This document shows positions 55,939-64,000 of a stretch of 64,000 nucleotides of DNA, in pieces. The translations under genes were made by a program, and so were the position numbers. The stretch lies in assembly GCA_965217585.1 (NCBI GenBank), contig OZ244561.1, forward strand, positions 896,001 through 960,000, in the 5' to 3' direction. The number at the start of each line of letters is the position of its first letter. The stretch's first letter is position 1. Below the pieces are notes generated by a model that was given only the letters and a program-made list of their open reading frames with translations, ran no database searches and was not told the origin of the DNA. This DNA is from Candidatus Latescibacterota bacterium (lineage in GTDB: Bacteria > Latescibacterota > UBA2968 > UBA8231).

Positions 55939-56021
55939 TTCAGGTAGAGTAGGCGCTTAGTCTGCACCCCACCCGGATAGTGCAGGCGCACCAGATACAT
56001 CCCCGCCGACACCAACGCGCC
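55935..56021 (-). pseudogene. C-terminal relic of a secreted protein with an FlgD-Ig/T9SS-like tail
   Basis: Own translation GALVSAGMYLVRLHYPGGVQTKRLLYLK*; an in-frame stop lies about ten codons upstream. Confidence 0.7.
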
Positions 56022-56074
56022 GCACAATCGGTTGTACTCAGGCGGGGTGCCCTACCCATAGAATCCCTATCCTT

Positions 56075-56091
56075 AGAGGCCCTAACAAAAC
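56075..56091. mobile_element. Solo copy of the MITE terminal repeat
   Basis: AGAGGCCCTAACAAAAC is the exact reverse complement of 19884-19900. Confidence 0.6.
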
Positions 56092-56245
56092 GCTCGGCTG
56101 ACTGCCCCACTACCCAAACGCGCCATTCCTCCACCACTGTCGCCGCCAACGGGGCAGGGGCTACCAGCCCCTTGTGGCAGCCCTATACCTTTCCCCGAAA
56201 TTGACCTATCTTCTCTTTAATGTTCAACTCTGAGCGAGTACGACC

Positions 56246-58429
56246 ATGCAGGTAACGCTTGAGCCGCAGACCATAGAGGCCCTTGTACACGGCGAATGCG
56301 CCGATGTGTTCTCAGCCTTGGGCATGCACCCTTTAGACGAGGGGTGGGTCGTGCGCGCGTTCTTGCCCGATGCGACGAGCGTGCGGGTCGTGGAGCGCGG
56401 AGGGCAAGGCGCGAGCTTTCCAGCCGTCAAAATCCATGCTGACGGGCTGTTCGAGGCGAGAATCGCCGGCCGCAGCAAGCCCTTTACCTACCATCTAGAA
56501 GTGACAAACGCGCAGGGCGCAGTTCGCTACTGCCGCGACCCGTATTCGTTCTGGCCGCAGTTCGCGCCCCAAGATCAATACCTCTTCAACGAAGGAACGC
56601 ACTACCGCGCCTACGACCTGCTGGGGGCGCATCCGCGCTGCATCGACGGGACCGAGGGCACGTATTTCGCGGTGTGGGCACCAAGTGCCCGCAGGGTCAG
56701 CGTGGTCGGCGATTTCAACAACTGGGACGGTCGGTGGCACTGCATGCGCCCGCTGGGTGCATCCGGAGTCTGGGAACTGTTCGCTCCCGAGGTAGGCGCG
56801 GGCGCGCTCTACAAGTACGAAATCCTCAGCCGCCAAGGAACCATCCTGCTCAAGAGCGATCCCTTTGCCTTTGCGACTGAAAAACCGCCCTGCACCGCTT
56901 CCGCAGTCTGCCAGAGCACTGCGTTCACCTGGGGCGACGACGCTTGGATGGCCGAGCGCCGAGCGCGCAACTGGCAGGAAGCTCCCCTCGCCATCTACGA
57001 GGTGCATCTCGGCTCGTGGCGCCGCGATGGCGATACCTATCTCGACTATCGCACGCTGGCTCACCAATTGGTCGCCCACGTGGCCGAGCTAGGCTTTACC
57101 CACATCGAGCTAATGCCAGTGGCCGAGCATCCTTTCGACGGCTCGTGGGGGTATCAAGGAACTGGGTATTTCGCCCCGAGCGCGCGCTTTGGCACCCCTG
57201 AGGACTTTGCTTATTTCATCGACTATTGCCACCGCCACGCAATCGGCGTGATTCTCGACTGGGTGCCCGCACACTTCCCCAGCGACGCCCACGGCTTGGC
57301 TCAGTTTGACGGCACCAGCCTCTACGAGCACCGCGACCCGCGCCAAGGACGGCATCCCGATTGGCAGACCTGCATATTCAACTATGGCCGCGCCGAAGTC
57401 CGCTCCTTTCTCATTTCTAACGCCCTTTTTTGGCTCGAACGCTTTCACATCGACGGCCTGCGGGTCGATGCAGTGGCCTCCATGCTCTACCTCGACTACT
57501 CGCGCTTAGAAGGCGAATGGGTGCCCAACGCCTATGGCGGACGCGAAAACCTCGAAGCCATCGACTTCCTCAGACAACTCAACACGGCCATCGGCGAGCG
57601 CTGTCCCGGCGCCTTGATGATCGCCGAGGAATCGACTGCTTGGCCGGAGGTTTCCCGGCCAGTCGACGCCGGTGGCCTCGGCTTTGGCTTCAAATGGAAC
57701 ATGGGCTGGATGAACGACGTGTTGCGCTATATGCAGCGCGATCCGCTCCACCGCTGCCACCACCAAGCCGACCTGACCTTTGGCATGCTCTACGCCTATA
57801 GCGAAAACTTCGTGTTGCCGCTGTCGCACGACGAGGTTGTACACGGCAAGCGCTCGCTCTTGAGCAAGATGCCCGGCGACGCCTGGCAGCAACTGGCCAA
57901 TTTGCGCTTGCTCTACGGCTTTATGTACGGGCACCCGGGCAAGAAGCTGCTCTTTATGGGGGCCGAGCTGGCACAGTGGGAAGAGTGGAACCACCAAGGC
58001 GAGCTGCACTGGCACCTACTCGACGACGAGCCCCACCGCGGCGTCTATCGCTGGCTCTGCGATCTCAACCAACTCTATCGCCGCTGCGCGGCCCTACACC
58101 GCACCGACGCGCACCCCGATGGTTTTGAGTGGATCGACTGCTCGGATTCTGCACAGAGCATTGCGGCTTTTGCACGCTGCGCCGAGGGCGAAAAACCCCT
58201 GATCTTCGCCTGCAATTTTACCCCAGTCCCCCGAGTGGACTACCGGCTCGGGCTGCCGGCCGCCGGACCGTACCGCGAGGTGCTCAACAGCGACGCCGAA
58301 ATCTACGGCGGCAGCGGCGTGGGCCACCGCGGCTGGGTGCAAACCGAGCAAGTCGCCTGCCACGGCCGGCCGCATTCGGCGCGATTGCACCTGCCACCGC
58401 TGGGTGTGTTGGTTCTAGAGCCGAAGTAG
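56246..58429 (+). CDS. glgB: 1,4-alpha-glucan branching enzyme
   Basis: FAVWAPSA, IYEVHLGSW, SWGYQ, DWVPAHFP, GLRVDAVASMLY, IAEEST, KWNMGWM, LSHDEVVHGK. Confidence 0.97.
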   Translation: MQVTLEPQTIEALVHGECADVFSALGMHPLDEGWVVRAFLPDATSVRVVERGGQGASFPAVKIHADGLFEARIAGRSKPFTYHLEVTNAQGAVRYCRDPYSFWPQFAPQDQYLFNEGTHYRAYDLLGAHPRCIDGTEGTYFAVWAPSARRVSVVGDFNNWDGRWHCMRPLGASGVWELFAPEVGAGALYKYEILSRQGTILLKSDPFAFATEKPPCTASAVCQSTAFTWGDDAWMAERRARNWQEAPLAIYEVHLGSWRRDGDTYLDYRTLAHQLVAHVAELGFTHIELMPVAEHPFDGSWGYQGTGYFAPSARFGTPEDFAYFIDYCHRHAIGVILDWVPAHFPSDAHGLAQFDGTSLYEHRDPRQGRHPDWQTCIFNYGRAEVRSFLISNALFWLERFHIDGLRVDAVASMLYLDYSRLEGEWVPNAYGGRENLEAIDFLRQLNTAIGERCPGALMIAEESTAWPEVSRPVDAGGLGFGFKWNMGWMNDVLRYMQRDPLHRCHHQADLTFGMLYAYSENFVLPLSHDEVVHGKRSLLSKMPGDAWQQLANLRLLYGFMYGHPGKKLLFMGAELAQWEEWNHQGELHWHLLDDEPHRGVYRWLCDLNQLYRRCAALHRTDAHPDGFEWIDCSDSAQSIAAFARCAEGEKPLIFACNFTPVPRVDYRLGLPAAGPYREVLNSDAEIYGGSGVGHRGWVQTEQVACHGRPHSARLHLPPLGVLVLEPK

Positions 58430-58460
58430 AGCGCATGCTAATTTGCCAGAGCCACCCCCA

Positions 58461-59306
58461 ATGCTTGAGATAATTTCACACGTCACCAGTGAACTGCGGC
58501 GGCTCGGCAAACAGCGCCTCGCGCTGATCGGCGGCGGGGTCTTGGCAGGCGCGTCTATCGTCGCGGTGCTGGCACCGCTGTTGGCACCATACGATCCACT
58601 GGCGCAAAACCTCTATGCGCGCTTGCAGCCGCCGTCGGTGAGCCATTGGCTGGGAACGGACGATTTCGGCCGCGACATCTTCAGCCGCATCGTGTACGGC
58701 GCTCGCATCTCATTGCGGATCGGGCTGGTCGCCATCTCGCTGGCCGCTTCCACCGGCACCTTGCTCGGCCTCGTGGCTGGGTATCGCGGCGGGATCGCCG
58801 ACATGCTCATCATGCGGCTGATGGACCTGATGTTGGCGTTCCCCAGCATCCTATTGGCCATTGCCATCGTCGCCGTCATTGGGCCGGGCATCGACAATGC
58901 CATTCTCGCCGTCAGCATCGTGTTGGTGCCGCAATTTGCCCGCCTCATGCGCTCCTCGGTGTTGACCGTGCGCGAAGCCACGTACGTCGAGGCTGCGCGC
59001 GCGCTGGGGGCGAGCGAATCGCGGCTGCTGTTCTACAGCATCTTACCCAATTGCACAGTCCCGCTCGTCGTGCAAGCCACGCTCAGCTTGGGTACGGCCA
59101 TCCTCGACGCGGCCGGGTTGAGCTTTTTGGGCTTGGGGGCCCAGCCGCCGACCCCCGAGTGGGGGGCCATGCTGTCCGGGGGGCGCGAATTGCTCTTGCA
59201 AGCGCCCTGGGTCATGGCCTTTCCCGGGCTGGCCATCTTCGCGGTCGTCTTGGCGCTCAACCTCTTTGGCGACGGGCTTAGAGACGCCTTGGATCCGAAG
59301 ATTTAG
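58461..59306 (+). CDS. Peptide/nickel ABC transporter permease (DppC/OppC type)
   Basis: HWLGTDDFGRDIFSRIVYGARISL, YVEAARALGA, LSFLGLG.QPPTPEWG, NLFGDGLRDALDP; start 58443 or 58461. Confidence 0.95.
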   Translation: MLEIISHVTSELRRLGKQRLALIGGGVLAGASIVAVLAPLLAPYDPLAQNLYARLQPPSVSHWLGTDDFGRDIFSRIVYGARISLRIGLVAISLAASTGTLLGLVAGYRGGIADMLIMRLMDLMLAFPSILLAIAIVAVIGPGIDNAILAVSIVLVPQFARLMRSSVLTVREATYVEAARALGASESRLLFYSILPNCTVPLVVQATLSLGTAILDAAGLSFLGLGAQPPTPEWGAMLSGGRELLLQAPWVMAFPGLAIFAVVLALNLFGDGLRDALDPKI

Positions 59307-59330
59307 ACTCCCCACCAACGGAGACCGCAG

Positions 59331-60572
59331 ATGAACTCAATTCCTGCACAACCCACTGCCTCGGCACGCATTGAATACCTGAAGGTGCAGAACTTCCGTG
59401 CCCTGCGAAATGTCGAGTTCAAAAACCTGACACCGCTAACGGTTCTGCTCGGCCCCAACGGCAGCGGCAAGTCAACGGTATTCGACGTGTTCGCCTTTCT
59501 GGCGGAATGCTTCGAGTTGGGGCTGCGCCGCGCCTGGGATAAGCGGGGGCGGGGCAAAGAGCTTACGTCCAGAGGAGCAGAGGGGCCGGTGATAATTGAG
59601 ATCAAGTATCGCGAGAAGCCAAGACAGCCGCTCATCACCTACCACTTGGCCGTCGAAGAACACAACCGCACCCCAGTGGTCGTGGAAGAATGGCTGCAAT
59701 GGCGGCGAGGACAACAACGCGGAAAGCCGTTTCGATTCCTTCAATATGAGCGAGGCCTAGGTCGGGCGGTCAGCGGCGACCAACCAGACGAACGGGACAG
59801 GCGGATAGAAATCCCCCTCAATGCACCCGACCTGCTGGCAGTCAATGCGCTGGGACAATTCGCCGATCATCCGCGCGTGGCGGCACTGCGCCAGTTCATT
59901 ACCGGCTGGCATGTTTCGTACCTCTCGGCAGACAGCACGCGCAGCCAGCCCGAAGCCGGGCCGCAAGAGCAGTTGAGCAAAACGGGCGACAACCTCGCCA
60001 ACGTTATCCAATACTTGGCCGAGCAGTACCCAGAGCGGCTTGAGCAGATCTTCAAGGTGCTGCGCCGACGCGTACCGCGCATTGAGAAGGTTCTGGCCGA
60101 TACCATGCCCGACGGCCGCCTGCTATTGCAAATCAAGGACGCTCCGTTTATCCATCCGGTGCTAGCGCGTTTCGCCTCCGACGGTACTCTCAAAATGTTG
60201 GCCTATCTCGTGCTCCTCCACGATCCGGCTCCACCGCCTTTTATAGGCATTGAGGAACCGGAAAACTTTCTCCATCCCCGACTGCTTTGGGAACTGGCCG
60301 AGGAGTGCCGTGCTGCCGGTGAACGCACCCAACTACTGGTCACCACCCATTCGCCGTTTTTCCTCAATGCCTTGCAGCCTAAAGAGGTCCGCGTCCTCTG
60401 GCGCGATGAGAAAGGCTACGCACAAACGCAATGCGTCGCGGATATAGAGGAAGTACGAGCGTTCATGGATCAAGGAGCACGGCTCGGCCACCTATGGATG
60501 GAGGGCTACTTCAACGTGGGTGACCCACTGGTCAACCAAGGTGGGGCCGCTGGACCATGTCAGAAGGGATGA
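59331..60572 (+). CDS. ABC-type ATPase (AAA_21/AAA_15-like)
   Basis: LKVQNFRAL, Walker [10 protein letters not shown], signature ASDGT, Walker B IGIEEPE..LHP, VTTHSP. Confidence 0.92.
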   Translation: MNSIPAQPTASARIEYLKVQNFRALRNVEFKNLTPLTVLLGPNGSGKSTVFDVFAFLAECFELGLRRAWDKRGRGKELTSRGAEGPVIIEIKYREKPRQPLITYHLAVEEHNRTPVVVEEWLQWRRGQQRGKPFRFLQYERGLGRAVSGDQPDERDRRIEIPLNAPDLLAVNALGQFADHPRVAALRQFITGWHVSYLSADSTRSQPEAGPQEQLSKTGDNLANVIQYLAEQYPERLEQIFKVLRRRVPRIEKVLADTMPDGRLLLQIKDAPFIHPVLARFASDGTLKMLAYLVLLHDPAPPPFIGIEEPENFLHPRLLWELAEECRAAGERTQLLVTTHSPFFLNALQPKEVRVLWRDEKGYAQTQCVADIEEVRAFMDQGARLGHLWMEGYFNVGDPLVNQGGAAGPCQKG

Positions 60573-61196
60573 ATGATGGAGAAGCCCCATCTGGAGTTTC
60601 TGGTTGAAGAGCCTTCTATGGAGGCATTCCTGCATGAATTACTCCCGCGTCTGTTTCCCGAAGACTGTCCTTCCTTTCGCGTCCATGCGTTTCAGGGCAA
60701 GACAAACATGTTGGATAATTTACAGGCTCGTCTAAAGGGCTACGCTCATTGGCCGTCGAACTATGGGCGTATCGTCGTGGTGGTTGATTGCGACGACGAC
60801 GATTGCCATAAACTCAAACAACAACTCGAAATGGTAGCAACCACAGCGGGATTAATCACTCGTTCAGGATCCAGTGGACACCTCTGGAAAGTGGTAACTC
60901 GCATCGCAATTGAGGAACTTGAAGCGTGGTACTTCGGAGATTGGAAAGCCGTGAAGAGCGCCTATCCAAGGGTGTCGCCCACTGTCCCGAATCGGGCACC
61001 CTATCGCAATCCCGATGCAATAAAAGGCGGCACTTGGGAGGCGTTTGAACGCATCTTGCAGAACGGTGGCTATTTCAAAAATGGACTGCGCAAGGTAGAA
61101 GCGGCGCGTACCATTGCCGCTCACCTCAACCCGGACTGCAATCGCTCCCATAGCTTTGTAAAATTCCGCGACGCTCTCATCGAGGCGATGACATAA
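60573..61196 (+). CDS. DUF4276-like, Toprim-fold putative nuclease
   Basis: FLVEEPS, VVVVDCDDDDC, IEELEAWYFGD, NRSHSF; abuts the ATPase stop codon. Confidence 0.8.
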   Translation: MMEKPHLEFLVEEPSMEAFLHELLPRLFPEDCPSFRVHAFQGKTNMLDNLQARLKGYAHWPSNYGRIVVVVDCDDDDCHKLKQQLEMVATTAGLITRSGSSGHLWKVVTRIAIEELEAWYFGDWKAVKSAYPRVSPTVPNRAPYRNPDAIKGGTWEAFERILQNGGYFKNGLRKVEAARTIAAHLNPDCNRSHSFVKFRDALIEAMT

Positions 61197-61226
61197 TGCG
61201 CGGCTTCCTGGACACCGCTAATACAG

Positions 61227-63134
61227 GTGAACCTCCAGATTATGAATAATGTCTCGCACCTCCTCCCCCTACTCTGCGCCCTCGCGCTGTCTGCGGGCGG
61301 CTGCGCGGGCCTGCGGAGCCACAGCGCGCCAGCGCCCGCAGAGCCGACGGCCTCCGACCAAGCCATGCGATACTTCGTCAAGGCCAAGGTCTTTGAATCC
61401 CAGCACAACTACCTCGGCGCGATAGTCGCCCTGCGCAGCGCGGCTGACCTCGACCCGACTTCGCCCACCATCTACGCCCGCCTCGCTTACAACTACCAGC
61501 GCATCGACGACCCCCACATGGCCGTCCATTTTGCACGCAAGGGCTTGGCATTGGACGGCAGCCAAGTGCGATTGCGCCGCCTGCTGATTCGGATCCTAGA
61601 GAGCGAAGGCGACCGCGAGGGTGCCATTGACCACATCGAAGAACTGCTGCGCTACGAGCCGGACAATTGGCCGCTCTACCGCCACTTGGCCTATCTCTAC
61701 TTTGAATCGGGCCAAACCGAGCGAATCGGCTCGCTCTTCAATGAAGTGCTCGCCCAAGAGCAAGTGTCGCCAGAAGTCGAGGTGGACATAGCTGGCATTT
61801 TTTCTCGCATCAGCCTGCAAAAAGAGGCCGAGCGCATCTATCACCGGGTCCTCGCGGCCGATCCCACGGTCGAGGACGCTTGGCTGGGTCTAGCCGAACT
61901 CAAGCTGGCGCAGGGGCACCGCCACGAGGCCATCGCCATCTACCGCGAGGCCGCAGGCCACCTGCCCGACAGCAGCATCCCCTACTATTTGGCGCGGCTG
62001 ATGGTCACCGAGCACGACCTAGAGGAAATCCTCGCCGAAGAGGGTGCCGAGGTGCTCTACCACTTGGGAATGGCCCTGTCCGAGGCCGGCAAGTACGACC
62101 AAGCGACGTTGGTCTTTAAGCGCATCGTTGAGATGCAGCCGCAAACGGTCGAGCAGTGGACCGACCTAGCGCGCTACTACATCTACTTGGAGGACTACGA
62201 CTCCGCCACCTCCGTCCTCAGCCAAGCGGCAGAGGCCATGCCCGACAGCAGCGAGATTTACCTGTACTGGGGGACGGCCCTAGAAAGCACCGGGCGCTAC
62301 GACGAGGCCATCGCCGTGTACCAGCGCGGCCTTGAGCACCTGCCCGATGCGGTTGAGATATATCTATACTGGGGACTCGCGCTAGAGCAACAAGACGCTT
62401 GGGCAGAGGCCATTGGCGTCTATCGCCAAGCACTCGCAGTATCCCCGGGCGAAGCCGCGCTGCACGTGCGGTGGGGCATCAGCTTGGGGCGGCAGGGGCA
62501 GTGGGAAGACGCGCTGGCCCAATACGAAACAGCGGCCTCGATTGACTCCGTGTACAGCCCAACCTTTTTGCACTGGGGCATTGCTCTAGAGGAATTGGAG
62601 CGCTGGGAAGCGGCGCTTGAGAAGCTGAATCAGGCCGTTGCGCTGGCGAACGATAAGAGCCGCGTGCTCTTTTACCTCGGCTCCTGCTACGAGCAGGCTT
62701 CGCGCAAACTTGGCCGCGACGAGTACTTCGATCGTGCGGTAGGGACCTTCCAACGCCTGTTGGAGATCGAGCCAAACGATGCCTACGCCCTCAACTACCT
62801 CGGCTACATGTATGCGGACAAGGGCATGCGGCTGACAGAGGCAGTCGCGCTCTTAGAGAGGGCGATCGCGCTCGCGCCGGACAACAGCGCGTTCCTCGAC
62901 AGCATGGGCTGGGCCTATTTCCGCCTCGGCGAGCTAGCGCAGGCCGAGCACTACCTGCAACAAGCCTTGGAGCAGATGGACGAGGGCGATCCCGAGGAGC
63001 AGGCCGTAATCTTCGACCACGCCGGCGACATTGCCAGTGCCCTCGGTAAAACGGACGAGGCGCGCACGCATTGGCAGAAGGTGCTAGAACTTGCGCCGGA
63101 CAACGAAGAAGTTCGGCGCAAGCTGCTGCCATGA
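61227..63134 (+). CDS. Long TPR-repeat lipoprotein
   Basis: Lipobox AGGC; many TPRs; C-terminal ALNYLGYMYAD...LDSMGWAYF...DHAGD. Confidence 0.92.
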   Translation: MNLQIMNNVSHLLPLLCALALSAGGCAGLRSHSAPAPAEPTASDQAMRYFVKAKVFESQHNYLGAIVALRSAADLDPTSPTIYARLAYNYQRIDDPHMAVHFARKGLALDGSQVRLRRLLIRILESEGDREGAIDHIEELLRYEPDNWPLYRHLAYLYFESGQTERIGSLFNEVLAQEQVSPEVEVDIAGIFSRISLQKEAERIYHRVLAADPTVEDAWLGLAELKLAQGHRHEAIAIYREAAGHLPDSSIPYYLARLMVTEHDLEEILAEEGAEVLYHLGMALSEAGKYDQATLVFKRIVEMQPQTVEQWTDLARYYIYLEDYDSATSVLSQAAEAMPDSSEIYLYWGTALESTGRYDEAIAVYQRGLEHLPDAVEIYLYWGLALEQQDAWAEAIGVYRQALAVSPGEAALHVRWGISLGRQGQWEDALAQYETAASIDSVYSPTFLHWGIALEELERWEAALEKLNQAVALANDKSRVLFYLGSCYEQASRKLGRDEYFDRAVGTFQRLLEIEPNDAYALNYLGYMYADKGMRLTEAVALLERAIALAPDNSAFLDSMGWAYFRLGELAQAEHYLQQALEQMDEGDPEEQAVIFDHAGDIASALGKTDEARTHWQKVLELAPDNEEVRRKLLP

Positions 63135-63913
63135 TTCATACCTCGCGCTCGGGGCACACCCAAAATTTCCAAACAGCTTCTAAATGGTTCGCGCTCTGCG
63201 CCCTAGCGCTAGCTTGCGCGCCGCCGCTGGTGGTGCGGGAGGGTTGGGATGCGGACCAAGGGCCGGCCGCCTTGCTCGCTGCTTCGGCGTCCCTCGCCCA
63301 GTTCGAAGATCTAACGGCGGAAGCGGCTATTGAGCTGCGGCGCGGCGCGGTGCGCGATCGGGGGACGGCCCTCGTGCAGCTAGTCAATCCAGACCTCTTC
63401 CGCGTCGAGGTGCGCGGCCCCTTTTTCACCCACATTTTTACGGCCCTGCTCGAAGGCGACAGTCTGACCGTGTACGGCCGGGGCATGGACCCTCCCCTAA
63501 AAGGAACGGTGCGCGGCCGGCTGCTAACCACGCTGACCGGGCTGGATTTCGGATCGTGCGATCTGCGCTACGCCTTGCTCGGCCTCATCGAGCCGGGTTC
63601 CATAGTCGAGCCGATCGAGTACCCGGACACCGACCAAGCAGTGGTTGCGCTCACAGGCGGACGGCGGGCGTGGTTGGACCTACGCCGAGGCTTGGTGTTG
63701 CGCGAGAGCATCCCGCTGCCCGAGGGCGATGTCCTGCTCCGCGAGCTAGGAGAATACCGCCGGCAGGACGCGCTTTACTTGCCGCGCCGGGTGGAAATAC
63801 GCCAAGCCGATGTGGCGCTGGTGTTGGATTACAAACGCTATGCCTTCAACAGCGGGCTAGACGCCAGCCAATTGCAACAGGGGCTACCTGCGGGAGTGAT
63901 GCGAGTGCCATAA
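63131..63913 (+). CDS. LolB/DUF4292-like lipoprotein
   Basis: ATGA overlap with the TPR gene; lipobox ALAC; PDLFRVEVRGPF; LPRRVEI; LDYKRYAFN. Confidence 0.6.
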   Translation: MIHTSRSGHTQNFQTASKWFALCALALACAPPLVVREGWDADQGPAALLAASASLAQFEDLTAEAAIELRRGAVRDRGTALVQLVNPDLFRVEVRGPFFTHIFTALLEGDSLTVYGRGMDPPLKGTVRGRLLTTLTGLDFGSCDLRYALLGLIEPGSIVEPIEYPDTDQAVVALTGGRRAWLDLRRGLVLRESIPLPEGDVLLRELGEYRRQDALYLPRRVEIRQADVALVLDYKRYAFNSGLDASQLQQGLPAGVMRVP

Positions 63914-64000
63914 GAGGCCGCATCGTTTGACAGTTATAGGCCCCAATGCGTACTTAAAATTAAAACAGAACATTTCAATACATTTTGGGGAGAAAATTCC

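Noticed and set aside
63927-63960. Promoter at the right edge (TTGACA ... TAAAAT)
   Set aside because: The spacing to the best -10 is 22 bp and the downstream gene is outside the window.

Overview
GC-rich bacterial chromosomal segment of about 45 intact genes. I found no rRNA, tRNA, CRISPR array, integrase or transposase. The gene repertoire (DUF6785/DUF6784-type membrane proteins, CRTAC1/ASPIC-UnbV, PhyH dioxygenases, Gfo/Idh/MocA oxidoreductases, a TWGxxK C-terminal motif, an FlgD-Ig-type tail) suggests a Latescibacterota/Poribacteria-like lineage; this is inference, not a marker-gene assignment. Main blocks: (1) envelope genes, 1-9.4 kb; (2) a sugar/amino-sugar-type enzyme cluster, 9.6-21.9 kb; (3) a patch of gene fragments, 22-23.8 kb; (4) a 15 kb minus-strand cluster with an apparently inactive M28-fold ectodomain fused to an FtsX-type permease, two DUF6785-like transporters, a large secreted protein with Ca-binding-like motifs and two oxidoreductases, which is the best candidate for an undescribed system; (5) TonB receptor, msrP, NupC-type transporter, LamG and PQQ genes; (6) a second fragment patch, a DprE1/DprE2-like pair and a repeat-rich junction; (7) glgB, an orphan DppC-like permease, an ABC-ATPase plus DUF4276/Toprim-like candidate defence pair, and TPR plus LolB-like genes. 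Short non-coding elements are abundant: GTAG-type REPs (one supplies a stop codon, one is probably translated in a signal peptide), MITE-like elements, a 67-bp duplicated terminator and a relic copy of the TonB receptor 3' end. All family names come from motif recognition, not database searches.
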